From contig NC_086097.1 in the NCBI RefSeq assembly GCF_963921235.1, forward strand, positions 77,130,001 through 77,194,000: DNA of 64,000 bases. The letters run 5' to 3'. Shown here piece by piece: positions 1-12,716 of this stretch. The DNA comes from Mobula hypostoma. Lineage: Eukaryota. The position numbers and the translations under genes were made by a program. Below the pieces are notes generated by a model. It saw nothing but the letters and a program-made list of their open reading frames with translations, had not been told where the DNA came from and did not search any database. Each line of letters opens with the position of its first letter. The stretch's first letter is position 1.

Positions 1-632
1 TGGACCCAAAGTTATGTTGGCGCTAGGTCACTTGCGTAATGAGGTTCTAAATGATGTGGAAGATTGGACTGGTCCCTCTACCATGCAATACCCCAGTCAG
101 CTGAACATTGCTGTACTGTCTGTCTATGTGGAAGAGTTCTTCCAAGTTAACACCTTTGACCACAAGTCCATCAGGTAGTGGTTAGCACTGAATGGATTGC
201 AGACGCTGTGAGACAGAAGCAGTTTGGATTCTGCGGGCTTGTTTCCGAAACAAATGGTCAAAGCCTTCCACTACAGATGGTCACCCCCAATATGCACAGC
301 CCACAGGATGGCTGTGGTGGGGAAGGGACAGTCAACCACCTCTTTGCTTAATGTAGATTTGCTAAAAGGATATGGAGATGGAGACAGGGGTCCATGTCCT
401 GGTTTATTCTCAGTAGTTGTGTAACAGAGGAAGCCCTGATTTATGGTCCATTCCTGGAGATATTTGCTCTAATGTGGTGTGTGCTCTTTGGTCGGCCCAA
501 AACCTATTGGTCATCCTGGATAGGGAGATGTTTGTGAGAGAATGCTGCAAACTGGCTCACTATAGTTGTTGGTGAATGCACTGAAGCTTTGTATAACCAA
601 TGCTAAGGTTTTGTAGGGATGGACCACAGTAT
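1..632 (+). mobile_element. Decayed Tx1/L1-type LINE, 3' end of ORF2
   Basis: Broken frames read NTFDHKSIR..., GCGGEGTVNHLFA*CRFAKRIW (C-terminal zinc-knuckle-like) and ALWSAQNLLV...ECCKLAH; many stops. Confidence 0.55.
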
Positions 633-917
633 AGCTCCTTCTGCTACTGCACATGCAGGGGCAGAAAAGCCCCTTGAAAAGTGAAAGGGGTATCACCTCA
701 GGGAGCCTGTTCACAGTCAACAAATCATCCTATCCTTCTCTTTCTTCTTCTTTGGAATATGTCAGTCCTGACTTTGGACAGTTGGCTCATAAAAAAACAC
801 TCCCATGTCAGATGACACTCAGAGACAGCTGCTCCCCATTTATTACCAGTTCCTACCTTATTATGTTGTCGTTTTCCTAACACCAAACTTTCCTCTGAGT
901 TCTGGATTTATCCTTAA

Positions 918-1095
918 CTATCTTAAAATTCCGTAGTTGTGACCATTATTCTCAAAATGCTCTCCCAAGGAAACCCCAATTACCTGGCTGAGCTCATTTC
1001 CCAATAAAAGGTCTATTATGGCCAATTTCCTGGTTGGACTATCTATATACTGTTCCAAGAAACCCTCCTGGATGCAACCAACAAATTCTACCCAG
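918..1095 (-). mobile_element. CR1 LINE endonuclease fragment
   Basis: EFVGCIQEGFLEQYIDSPTR...LLLGNE...GEHF, similar to the CR1 copy near 62800-62960. Confidence 0.75.
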
Positions 1096-2379
1096 ACTAA
1101 GCTTCTTGTTTGGTTACTTTTTACTTTATTTTTCTTTTGAGATACAGCATGGAACAGACCTTTCCAGTCCAATAAGCCTTGTCACCCAGCAACTCACCTA
1201 TTTATCACTAGTCTAATCACAAGACAATTTACAGTGACGAATTAACCTACTAACTGGTATGTCTTTGGGCTATGGGAAGAAACCTACATGGTCACAGGGA
1301 AAACATTCTGGTCCAGTCAAGATTGCGCCTGCATACAACACTCCTTCAGTTAACATCTTCTGGATAGATCATGAAACCATATATAACACTTCTTTTATAT
1401 CATTTACATTTGTTTTTCATCTTGGATGTGATTCTGGAAATGTTGGAGCTGTGATTTGCAGTTTGAAGATCGTTTGGATGATCCAGTGCTCTGAAGTCTC
1501 CAAGAGGATTCTGGGAGGCAGAGGCAGCATGCACAAACCTCAATAAGGCAGGCCGCAGGATAGCTGTGAGGCTGATGTATGACTCCATTTTGCTGATTAA
1601 AGCATTGAAGGAGATTGAAACATTGAGGTGATTGCAGAAGCTTGTTTGGGAGCTTCAGCACTCTGCAGTCTCTGAAGCAATTCCAGGAGACTGAAGCAAT
1701 GTGCACGAATTTCAGTGGGTGTAAACCGATGTTTGACTCTTTCGCTGATCAAAGCTATTATTTGCTGATTAAAGCAGTGAGGGAGATTGAAGCATCAAGC
1801 CGAGTGCAGATGGGGTAGCAATATCTGTCTGTCTTTTGATAGCTCTGCTACAGAGAGGGAAAGGCCTGCCGGAGAATGTTGCCCTGGTTTTCTGCATTTT
1901 GGTTGTGGACTTGGACTGTAGACTTTCTTCAAGTCTCATAGTTATTGATATTCTGTGTGTTTCGCCCGATCTCTTTTGTTTTTTTTTTGTACGTGGAGAG
2001 GGATTTGGGGGCCCATGTGCCAGTTCCCTTTTGTTCCTTTATTTTTGTGCGGAAGGAGGGATTTGGGGGTTGATATGCTGATTCCTTTCTTTGTTCATTT
2101 TTTTGTGCGGGGAGCGGGGATATAGCAAATATCTAGCAAATATAGACTAGACGTCCAGATCACAGGAATAGACAAGTAGCGATTATGAATTCTTAGGTAT
2201 AAATTTTGGAGAATAACTTGCTTCTGTTCCATATTGCTGGCCAGTAAAATAGAAAACCTGATTTTAGGCCTCCACAGTACTGGAAGTTCAGGCCAAGTTC
2301 AGCAGTGATCTGCAAACCAAAACTGAATTTAACCCTTCGGCTAATTGAATATCTTTTGAAATAAAAATTTGTGGGCAAA

Positions 2380-3150
2380 CAGAAAAGTACTACCAAAGAC
2401 TGTGGATGACTACCTAAGAAAATTAACATATATTATGACTTAATCTATGCGTGCACAGCAATATACCATGACTGGGGTGTAAAACTAAATGGCCTCAAAA
2501 AGCATTTGGTGCAACCAAACACATCACCATTGTTTTGAATTTACCTCCAATTATAAGAGACACACATAAAAAATAACCATCATTCACCATAATGTTCCAT
2601 ACTTAAATACCTAAAAGAAATAAATGAAATCAACAGCACCCCCAGAACAGACTGAGATCATAAGCACAGGAAAATCAACACAGTACATCAACTCTGAACA
2701 TTATATAAAAAGAATACATAGGAACTGGTTAAGAACAGAACACTGACTTATTTACAACAAAAGAGTCACCAGCAATCACCAGATGCAGGCAAAGCGTTTA
2801 CAATACAGATGGTGAGATGAAGTTAAGGGCAAACTGTGAATAGAAATTACCAAATAAAATAGATTCACTCGGCTTTTGTGATACACTAGATACTAGCAGA
2901 AATGTCCAGATACAGTACTAGCAACCCTTAGGTCTCCCAGAGGGTGGAGCAAAATGTTACCCACAAGGAGCAACACAGAGGTATCCATATACACAGCCAG
3001 AGTCGCCAGTGATCCAGAAACAGCGGGAGTTATAATAACTATTGGAAAGATGACAGCAGTGATAATTTTAGATCAAATAAACGGCATGGCTTATGATTAT
3101 CACCTGGAGCTAGAAACATCAATAGGCCAGATGGTCAGGGGGCAATATTA
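2380..3150 (+). mobile_element. Highly decayed LTR-retroelement pol (RT/RNase H linker) remnant
   Basis: TVDDYL at ~2400, then GVKLNGLKKHLVQP about 25 codons later (RT motif 5/6 spacing), then SPDAGKAFTIQ at ~2780. Confidence 0.4.
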
Positions 3151-3409
3151 ACTTTAAAATAAAGTCTGAGCAGGACTCAAATAAGATTTAACAGACTCTT
3201 TCTATATGAATTTTTTGTCAGGACTTAACATTTAAAGAATATGGAATTATTTAAGTATTTGAATTTTAGTCATTATTTCAAATAAAAACCTTTTTGAAGT
3301 TACTACTTTCACCTTTATTATTAAAATTAAGATAAAGTCTGAACTAATCTTTGTATGCTTATTTTGGTTCAGGAAGTACAGCTGACTGAGAACTCTGCAG
3401 CAAGTCCCC

Positions 3410-3620
3410 TGACTTGACTGTGGAGGCCAATGCACTGGGTATATTTGAAGTGGAGTTTGGTAGGTTCTTGCTTAGTAATCGTGTTAAGGATTACGGGGAG
3501 AAGGTAGGAGAATGGGTTGAGGGGAAAAAAAAAATAAATCAGTCATGTGACCATGACTGGAACAAACTCAATGGACTGAATGGCCATATTCTGCTCCTGT
3601 GTTTTTGGTCTTATGACTTG
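3410..3620 (+). mobile_element. CR1 3' end
   Basis: VEANALGIFEVEFGRFL followed by the CR1 3' UTR ending ...ctgctcctgtgtttttggtcttatg. Confidence 0.7.
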
Positions 3621-3749
3621 ACAGAAATAAAAGAACAAAGAACATGCTAGGGCATCAGAACAGTAATTAATTTAAATTGGTAGCTTCTTGAGCTCAAGGC
3701 ATTAAAGGCAAAGGCAGTTTTTATGCCCATCCCTAAATGAATCAGTGCA

Positions 3750-4760
3750 GGCCTTCTGGTGCATTAGCCATGGCATAGGAGTTCCTGAATATATACTTGA
3801 GAAACAATCAGGGAACGGCCATATATTTACCAGTCAGGGTGGTGTGTAAATTAGAGGAGAAGTTCATGTGGTGCTTTTCCCATATACCTGAAGCCTTTGT
3901 CCTTCTTGGTGAAAGAGGTCACTGGTTTTGGACATCCCGCTGGAGAAGCCTAGGTGAGTAACAGCTGTTTATTTTGTAGACAATATACATTGCATCCTAT
4001 AGGTGTCTGAAAAGTTTTGGATGTTAAGTGATAGATCACTAACTCCAGCATACACAGCCCCTAACCTTCCTCTTGAAGCCAGAGTATTTTTGTAGATGCT
4101 CCAGATGTTTCTGGCCAGTGAAGCACCCCAGAATGGTGATGGTAGTTGGATTTGACAATGGTAATCCTATTTAATGTTAAGAGAAGGTGATTAGATCTTT
4201 TTCTTGTTGCAAACAGACATTGTTTGATATGAATATTCCATGGCACTTATCAGGCCATGCCTAAATGTTATCCACATCTTGCTGTGTGTGGGCATGGTCT
4301 GTTTCATTCACTAAGTGGTTGTGAATCGAACTAAATATCGTGAAATCATCACTGGTAGTCTCATGTGTCTCCAACCCTTAATTCTGACCTTGTGTTATAA
4401 AGGTCACTGATGAAGCAGCCAGCTGGGCTTTGGATGCTGCCTTGTGGAACTCCATCAAAGATGTCCTGGGGATTGGATGATTGATGTCCAATAACTACAA
4501 TCATCGACCTTTCTATGAGGTATGGTTCCAATCACTGGAATGTTTTCATCTTTGTTTGCATACTTTTTATGTTACGAAAGGTCCTTGACATTACACTCAG
4601 GTTAATGTCAAGGGCAGTCACTCCCACCTTACCTATTAATCTCAGTGCGCTGCATACTTTTGGACCATGAGGTTAAAGCCATGTGGTCTTGGCAAAATTC
4701 AATTTGGTCATTGATGAGCAGGTTAATGCTAAGTGACACTTGATTGTACTGTCCAGCACA
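3750..4760 (-). mobile_element. Decayed non-LTR retrotransposon RT (CR1/L2 group)
   Basis: Reverse strand contains VTALDI (gtgactgcccttgacatt, ~4600-4620) and remnants of the GVPQGS motif (~4440). Confidence 0.5.
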
Positions 4761-6941
4761 CTGTTGAAAACAATTATTCTGCTACTGATATTTTCACTGA
4801 AGAAATGTTACAGAAATAGACATAATTAAGATGAGTTTAGATAAATGGAAGTTATCTTCCCCTGAGCAAATGGTTCAGGCATTTGGGAACATCATTTTAA
4901 GATGCTATAACAATCTGCAAGAGAGATCATTTTGTTTCAAAGAGATTGGTTTAATCAGGGACTTGAAGGGGTCGAAACAATGTTAAAAGGAACTTGAATA
5001 GCCAATGATGGAAAATTGTTTGCCGAGCTATGGGGAAGAGGTGTGGGAATGGAACTGAAAGATGCACCCTTCTACGCCACGACCTTTCTTTCCCATGACT
5101 CTTTGTGTCCAGTTATTGCTAGAGACCGGCAACAAGCAAATTGGCGAGATCAAAGTCAAGTTCACTTGTTCCCCGTATGATTCTCCCACCAGCTGCTGCA
5201 AGCCCAATAAGGCTGCTATTTCCTTGAGCTGACAAGCCCTTCCTTGTGATTACTGTTGAAACTTTGCACCCAGACTACATTCCCTGCTCTTGCTTCCTTC
5301 TTACATTCTTTCAAGTGCAATAGGAAGTATGCCAGCCGAGCAGCTTGTGGCAGAAGAGGCTGATCCACTTCCAACCTACTCCATTTCCTAGGCTGCCTCT
5401 CATCTGTTGACATATAACATCTTGTTAATCACTCCTGCTGATCTGGAGAGGCACAAGGCCCTCAGTGAGCCAAGTACAGAATTTTCAATGCCATGCTGTA
5501 TTCTGCAGGATCTTTGAGTGATAGAGACAGATGTCATAGAAGCAGGCTCTTCAACCCAACTTGCCTGTGCCACCCAAGTTGCCTAACTGAGCCAGTCCCA
5601 TTTTCCCACACTTGGCCCATATGCCTGAAACCTTCCTTATCCCTGTAATAAACGTGTTTAAAAAGTCTTAACTGCAACGGTCTCCACCTCTTCCCCTAGC
5701 AGCACATTCTACATATGTACCAGTTGCTGCTTGGAAAAAGTTACCCCACAGTTCCCTTTTAATTGTTTTTCTTCTCACTTTAAACCTATGACTTTTCAAT
5801 GTAGTGCCCCCCCCCCCGCCCTGGAGAAAACACAATGGCTATTTACCTTATTTCTTCTCATTATTTTATAATATTCTAATTCACCTCTCACCCACCAACA
5901 TTCCAGCGGAGAAAGACCATAAGATCAAAAAACACAGGAGCAGAATTAGGCCGTTTGGTTCATTGAGTGTGCTATGCCATTTCATCATAGCTGATTCATT
6001 TCTCACTAAGCCCCAATCTGCTGCCTGTTTTTCTTGACTAAATGAGAGCTTATCAACCTCTGCATTAAATATACCCAATGACTTGGCCTCCACAGCTGTC
6101 CTTGGCAATGAATTCCACAGATTCACCACTCTCTTGCTAAAAAAATTCCTCCTGGACTTCCATTCGAAATGGACATCCCTCTATTATGAGGTTGTGTCCC
6201 CTGGTCTTAGATCCCCCACCATAGGAAACATCATCTCCAGATCCACTCTTTTGAGGCCTTTCAACATTCAATAGTTTTCAATGAGGTCCCCCTCATTTTT
6301 TTGAATTCCAGTGAGTACAGGCCCAGAGCCTCAATCACTCCTCATATGAAAAGCCTTTCAATCCCAGAATCATTTTCATGAAACTCTTTGAACCCTCTTC
6401 AATGTCAGTACATCCTTTCTTAGATAAGGGGCGCAAAACTGCTTACAATATTCCAAGTTATGCCTCACCAGTGTCTTATAAAGCCTCAACATAACATCCT
6501 TGCTTTTATATTCTAGTCTTCTTGAAATGAAGGTTAATATTGCATTTGTCTTTCTCACCACTGACTCAACCTTTAGGTATTCCAGCACAAGGACTCACGA
6601 GTCCCTTTGTGCCTCAGATTTTTGAATTTTCTCTTCATTTAGAAGATAGACTATACTTTTATTTCTTCTACCAAAGTGCATGATCATTCTCCTAATCTTT
6701 CTGTCCTTCTGTAGCCTCTCTACATTCTCAACACTACCTGCCCCTGCACCTATCTTTGTTTCATCCGCTAACTTGGCCACAAAGCTATCAATTCTGTCAC
6801 CCAGATCATTAACATGAAACATAAAAAGAATCAGTCCCAACACAGACCCCTGTGGAACACCATTAGTCACCAGCAGCCAACCAGAAAAGGCTGCCTTTAT
6901 CCCCACACTTTTCCTCCTGCCAATCAGTTAATTCTTTATCC

Positions 6942-8628
6942 CACTTCAACTCTACTTCCCATTCTCATTCTGACATGTCAATCCATGGCTTCCTCTACTG
7001 CCATGATGAGTCTACACTCTGGTTGGAGGACCAACACTTTATATTCCATCTGTGTAGCCTCCAACCTGATGGCATGAATATCAATTTCTCGAACTTCTGC
7101 TAAATGCCCACCCCACCTTCACCATTCCCATTCCTGTTTCCATTTCTCAAATATCATCTACTTACCTGCCCATCACCTCCCTCTGATGCTCCTTCCCCTT
7201 CCCTTTCTTCCATGGTCTTCTACTCTCTCCTATCTGATTCCCCCTTCTCCAGCCCTTTATCTCTTTCACCAGCTTCCCAGCTCTTTACTTCACCCCTCCC
7301 CCTCTCCTGGTTTCACCTATTACCTACTACTTTATACTTCTTCCTCCTCTCCCCCTACCTTCTTGCTCTAACTTAGTGTTTCCCAACCTTTTTGAGCCCA
7401 ACGTCCCCCTAAAGCACTTCCATTCTTGCCAATTCCCTCTTAGGCACAATGTACTTTCCGGTGCCCACATAGTGTAAAAACATGTCTACCATATGCCAAC
7501 ATGAGAAAAATTATTCTGATTTAAATTTTTATTTGTCTTTAAACCTCACTTACACAGCACCTGTGATCAATGTGATCCTTGAACTTGATGGTTTTTAGAA
7601 AGAGTTGAAATATCTGGTTCAAGTTGTGACAGCAAAAGCCTTAAGTCCCCATGCGTAACAATGTCCAAGCAGTTTCTGTTTCTTTGTGAGTATGTGCTTC
7701 ACTGCACCAAAGCCTCTTTCAACAAGGTAGGAGTATGGAAATGCAGTGAAGAACAGGTTGGCCCTTCCCCAAAGACCAGTAAACTTCAAATGACAGTGTA
7801 GCCACATACCTCAAAAGCCAAAATTTTTGAAAAACATTTTTGCTGCTTCATCATTCTGAATTTTGTAAATTTCTTCTTGTAAGCTCTCTTCCCATTCTTC
7901 CACTTACAAAGAAATGGTTTAATTACCCAGTCTGGAATATCCAGTTCTTTTAAATGCTTGAATTGGTTCTGAAAATCCTTCTTCAGTGACTGCAAGTGTA
8001 AGTAGTACTCTTGCAAATCACTGTCTGTGAAAGAGAGTGCCATACTTTCCACGCAAGGAAACTGAAAACATTCTTCTCCCATTCTTCTCCCAATGTTTTG
8101 CTTACATATTTCCAATTTTCTGATAAAAGTGGGCACTGCACATTTTACTCCAGGTACTTAACATTGTATTGATGCACTTTCTGTGGCTTCTGTTTCTTCG
8201 CAGTATTAGAATTCAAGGCTTCACTGCCTTCCGACTCAAAGAGATTGTGACGTCTATATTTATCCATCATTAATGGGCCTAAATTAAAATTAAGAATTAA
8301 CACTAACTGGGAATGCTTATCAGATGTTGATGACAGAAACGAGTTGACACGGTCGGTCAGGTCTTTTGCCTCAAGTTAGAATGCCGCCTACCACCTCACC
8401 TCCACCCACCCTCCAAGAATCTTGAATGCCACCCAATGACTTCTATTTCTCCTAACACCCCTGTAGGGCACATTACCGCCCCCGTTGGTTACCAGTGCTC
8501 TAACTTCTCTTCTTTTTTTCCAGTTCTAATGAAGGGTCTCAGCCCGAAATGTCGACTGTTTACTCTTTTCCACAGTTACTGCCTGGCCTGCTTAATCCCT
8601 CCAGCATTTCGTGTGTATTGCTTTGTCT
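6942..8628 (+). mobile_element. Penelope-like element 3' part (GIY-YIG C-terminus + pLTR), interrupted by hAT
   Basis: HFNSTSHSHSDMSIHGFLYCHDESTLWLEDQHFIFHLCSLQPDGMNINFSNF*, a pyrimidine-rich tract, then a pLTR with a degenerate hammerhead motif at 8521-8558. Confidence 0.75.
7374..8497 (-). mobile_element. Internally deleted hAT (Charlie/Buster-type) DNA transposon
   Basis: Exact 8-bp TSD ctctaact (7366-7373, 8498-8505); imperfect TIRs tagtgtttcccaac / gttggttaccagtg; transposase C-terminal FPYSYLVERGF motif. Confidence 0.85.
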
Positions 8629-10089
8629 ATGCTAGTATCTTTTCTGTAATATTATGAGCTCTTCACTTGTTAAACAGCCTTCTGTGTGGCAACTTGTCAA
8701 AAGCCTTCTGAAAATCCCAAGTATACAACATCCACCAATTTTTCTTTGTCTAACCTACTTGTCATTTCTTCAAAGAATTCTAACAGATTTGTCAGGCAAG
8801 GTTTCCCTTAAGGAACTATGCTGATGTTGGCCTACTTTATCAAGTGCCTCCAAGTATCCTGAAACCACATTGTTAACAATTATCTCCAACATCTTCTTAA
8901 CCACAAAAGTTGGACTAACTGGCCTATAATCTATTTTCCTCTGTCTTGCTCCCTTCTTGAAGAGTGGAGTGACATTTGAAATTTTCCAGTCCTCTGGATC
9001 CAGGCTAGACTCTGTTAACTTTGAAAGATCTTTACTAATGCATCCAAAAGCCCTGGAGTATAGACCATCTGTTCCAGGTGACTTATCTACTTTCAGACCA
9101 ACTAGTTTCCCAAGCACCTTTGCCCTAGTAATAGCAACTTCACTCACTTCTGCCCCCTGACACTCTCGAACTTCCAGCTTATTGCTGGTGTCTTCCACAG
9201 TGAAGACTGATGCAAAATACTTATTCTGTTCATCTGCCATTTCCTTGTCCATGTTACTACCGCTCCAGCATCATTTTCCAGTGATCCTATATCTACACTT
9301 CCCTCTCTTTCACACTTTATATATCTGAAGAAACTTTTGGTATCCTCTTTAATATTATTGCCTAGCTTACCTTCGTATTCCATCTTTTCCTTCTTTATGA
9401 CTTTTTTTAGTTGCCTTCTTTTGGTATTTAAAGGCTTCCCACTAATTTTTGCGCTATTATACGCCCACTCTTTATGTTGGCTTTGACTTCTTGTCAGCCA
9501 TGATTGCCTTTAGGATATTACCTCTTCTTTGGGATGTATCTATTCTGTCCCTTCTGAATTGCTCCCAAAAACTCCAGCCATTGCAGTGCTTCCATCATCC
9601 CTGCTAGTGTTCCCTTCCAATCAATTTTGGCCAGCTCCTCTTTCATGCCACTGTAATTCCCTTTACTCCACTGTAATACTGATACATCTGACTTTAGCTT
9701 CTCCTTCTCAAATTGCTGGGTGAATTCTAACATATTATGATCAGTGCTAGGATATATTATGATACAGTCCTAGCCCCTCCATCCTCTCCTTATTATTCAT
9801 ATCCTTTAGTCCTGGTTAATACCCTCCTAAATCATTCTTGCAGTTTTTCCAATTAAATGGACATCCTTCCCACAGCACAGCAACAAAACTATATGCAATA
9901 CCCCAAATATGGTCATACATGTGGTCTTGTACAGCTATAACATGGCATCCCTCCTCCTATACTCAGTATCCTGACTGAAGAAGGCAAGCATGCCTAATGT
10001 TGTCTTTACCATTTGTATATGTGTCATCACTTTCAGGAAACTATGCACCTGCACCAATAAATCTCTCCTTTCTATATATTAGATATTTA

Positions 10090-10450
10090 TAGAAACATGG
10101 AAACATAGAAAACCTACAGCACAATCCAGGCCCTTTGGCCCACAAAGCTGTGCCAAACATGTCCTTACCCTAGAAATTACCTAGGGTTACCCCTAGCCCT
10201 CTATTTTTCTAAGCTCCATGTACCTATCCAGGAGTCTCTTAAAGGACCCTATCGTATCCGCCTCCACCACCATCGCCGGCAGCCCACTCCACGCACTCAC
10301 CACTCTCTGCATAAAAAACTTACCCCTGATGTCTCCTCTGTACTTACTTCCAAGCACCTTAAAACTGTGCTCTCTCATGCTAGCTATCTCAGCCCTGGGA
10401 AAAAGCCTCTGACTATCCACACAATCAATGCCTCTCATATTCTTGTACAC
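10090..10450 (-). mobile_element. CR1 3' end
   Basis: ORF 10193-10450 is nearly the same as 15605-15856; (tagaaaca)-type tail. Confidence 0.9.
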
Positions 10451-10454
10451 TTAT

Positions 10455-10630
10455 TCAGTGCTCCCAGTGTGGCTTCCTGTATATTGGTGAGACCTGACGT
10501 AAGCTGGAAGACTGCTTCGCCGAGCACCTATGTTCTGTCCAGCAGAAAATGTGGGATCTCCCTGTGGCCATCTGTTTCAATTCTACTTCCCATTTCCATT
10601 CTGATATGTCAGTCCATGGCCTCCTCTACC
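10455..10630 (+). mobile_element. Penelope GIY-YIG fragment
   Basis: YIGET*RKLEDCFAEHL...FNSTSH; similar to 6942-7000. Confidence 0.65.
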
Positions 10631-11583
10631 AATCGGTTTGGATTTAATTCTTTCTTGCACGGAAAATTTGAAATCATTAAGCTGTCTAACTATTACAATA
10701 TTTTCAACTAGAAAATCATGATATTTTAGACACAAGGCATTAACTTGTTCATCGCCAAATGTGAAGTCACAATCTACAATTGCGGAGAAATCAAAAGCTG
10801 ACCATTTTTGTACCTCAACTTTGATCTCCTCTGGGTTTGATCATTTTCGTTCTCACTCATCTGCACTCTACCGTAACATGCGTAGCACTCCTGTAACGGG
10901 TAATGATGGGTTCTGTTGCCTGAGCTTTTGGACACCGTCCAAATGCACTTTACTTGCCAAATGACGCTTCAAAAAGAAAATTTTCCAATTATCATCCCAC
11001 TTCTTTCCACTAGCAAATTCCCCAGCAACTTTCGCATCACGACAAAACAAACAGATAACTCCAGTTTCCGAATCATACATAAATATTTCTCATAGCTGAA
11101 CGTTCATGACCTCAGGAGCTTTCGGTGTAACAGTTTCTACTATTTTGTTAAGCCATTCAACTTTAAACAAATTTGCAGTTCTTTTGCGCTTCACGTCCTT
11201 TGCTTCTTTTGAATTCGACATAGTTAATCAATATTTTTTCCATTAAAAACTTAGTAAGCTATCTACAGGATTTGAAACAGATCTTTGTAAACTTTACGAT
11301 ATGAACACTGTCCACCAAACATGGCTGCCGCCGTGATGCAGCTGTACAAACCGGAACAGGACGGTGAGATGACGTAAATTAGTGATGTGCATTGTGGTAT
11401 TTGAAAAACCGACTAACTAGTTAACAGAAACAGTTAGCTAAAAGATTATTTTCAATAAGTATAATTATTAACTACTCCATTATCTTAGGTAACTAACCTT
11501 TTGTGCACACATTAATTTTCTTTGTGCGCTGGTTGAAAAACGTGTGTGCGCGCGCACACACGCACAGCTTAGAGGGAACTATG
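10630..11583 (-). mobile_element. hAT-type transposon 5' part with TTF-like zinc finger
   Basis: FKVEWL...ICLFCR...LKRHLASKVH zinc finger; terminus reads catagttccctctaagctgtgcg on the minus strand, a hAT-like end. Confidence 0.6.
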
Positions 11584-12451
11584 CTCACAAGTATACATTA
11601 CAAGTCAAGGCACGACTGTGCAGGCACGTGGATGTCAGCGAAATAGACCGGTGGGAAGAATTTTAAAAGAAGACAGCTTTATAGAGTGGGCATTGGAGGA
11701 GCGGGCGACAGAGTAGAGGGAGTCAGAGTAGGAAGGCTTTGGCAATAATGGGTCGAGGCGAGATAAGTTACTTGTGAAGAATATGAATAGGAAGTATGTC
11801 TATGAGGCCGGTATTCTGTACTGGGTGTCCGATGTGGGATGTCCGGGAGAGCTGCAGCTCCTTAGGGACTGGGGTTAGGGAACTGGAGATGCAACTCGAT
11901 GACCTACATCTGATCAGGGGAAGTGAGGGGGTGATAGAGAGGAGCTGCAGGCAAGTAGTCACACTGGGGCCTCGGGAGACAAATAAGTGGGAACCAGTCA
12001 GGAGAGGGAAGGGCAAGAGTCAGACACTAGAGATTATCCCTGCAGCTGTCCCCCTTAACAATAAGTACTCCTGTTTGAGTATTGTTGGGGGGGGTACCTA
12101 CCTGGGGGAAGCAACAGTGGTCACGCCTCTGGCACAGAATCTGGCCCTGTGGTTCAGAAGGGTAGGGAAAGGAAGAGGATGGCAGCAGTGATAGGGTACT
12201 CTATAGTTAGGGGGGAAGACAGGCGATTCTGTGGATGCAGGAAAAAAACATGGATAGTAGTTTGCCTCCCAGGTGCCAGGGTCTAGGATGTTTCTGATCA
12301 TGTCCACAATATCCTGAAGTGGGAAGGAGAACAGGCAGAAGTTGTGGTACATCTTGGTACCAATGACATAGGCAAGAAAAGGAAGGAGGTCCTGAAAACA
12401 GACCACATGGAGTTAGGAAAGAAGCTGAGAAGCAGGACCTCAAAGATAATG

Positions 12452-12716
12452 ACGCAAACACGAGGAATTCTGCAGATGCTGGAAATTCAAGAAACACACA
12501 TCAAAGTTGCTGGTGAACGCAGCAGGCCAGGCAACATCTCTAGGAAGAGGTACAGTCAACGTTTCGGGCCGAGACCCTTCATCAGGACTAACTGAAGGAA
12601 GAGCTAGTAAGAGATTTCAAATCCTGACGAAGGGTCTCGGCCCAAAACGTCGGCTGTACCTCTTCCTAGAGATGCTGCCTGGCCTGCTGCGTTCACCAGC
12701 AACTTTGATGTGTGTT
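12452..12716. mobile_element. Penelope pLTR-derived fold-back mini-element
   Basis: 95-bp inverted arms 12493-12587 / 12622-12716; TSD cctcaaag(a/g)taatg at 12438-12451 and 12717-12730. Confidence 0.85.
12553..12590 (-). ncRNA. Minimal type-I hammerhead ribozyme motif
   Basis: Minus strand UAGUC-CUGAUGA-AGGGUCUCGGCCC-GAA-ACGU-U-GACUG: intact core boxes, stem I, stem II and palindromic ACGU stem III. Confidence 0.7.

Larger units (their letters stand above)
5880..9750 (-). mobile_element. CR1 LINE ORF2 (decayed), split by a Penelope+hAT insertion
   Basis: ORF pieces with GVPQGSVLG, LADETKIG, YFASVFT, KVDKSPGTDG. CR1 sequence stops near 6941 and resumes near 8629 (atgctagtatc). Confidence 0.85.

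Noticed and set aside
1589..1800. Duplicated tttgctgattaaagca..gagattga motif
   Set aside because: Only two or three degenerate copies; probably repeat-element UTR, no further support.
5050..5420. Possible AVEN exon or small gene (expected from human synteny)
   Set aside because: No frame I translated resembled AVEN or any family I recognise.
10868..11080. Domesticated zinc-finger gene
   Set aside because: In-frame stop upstream, truncation downstream and a transposon-like terminus indicate a decayed hAT.
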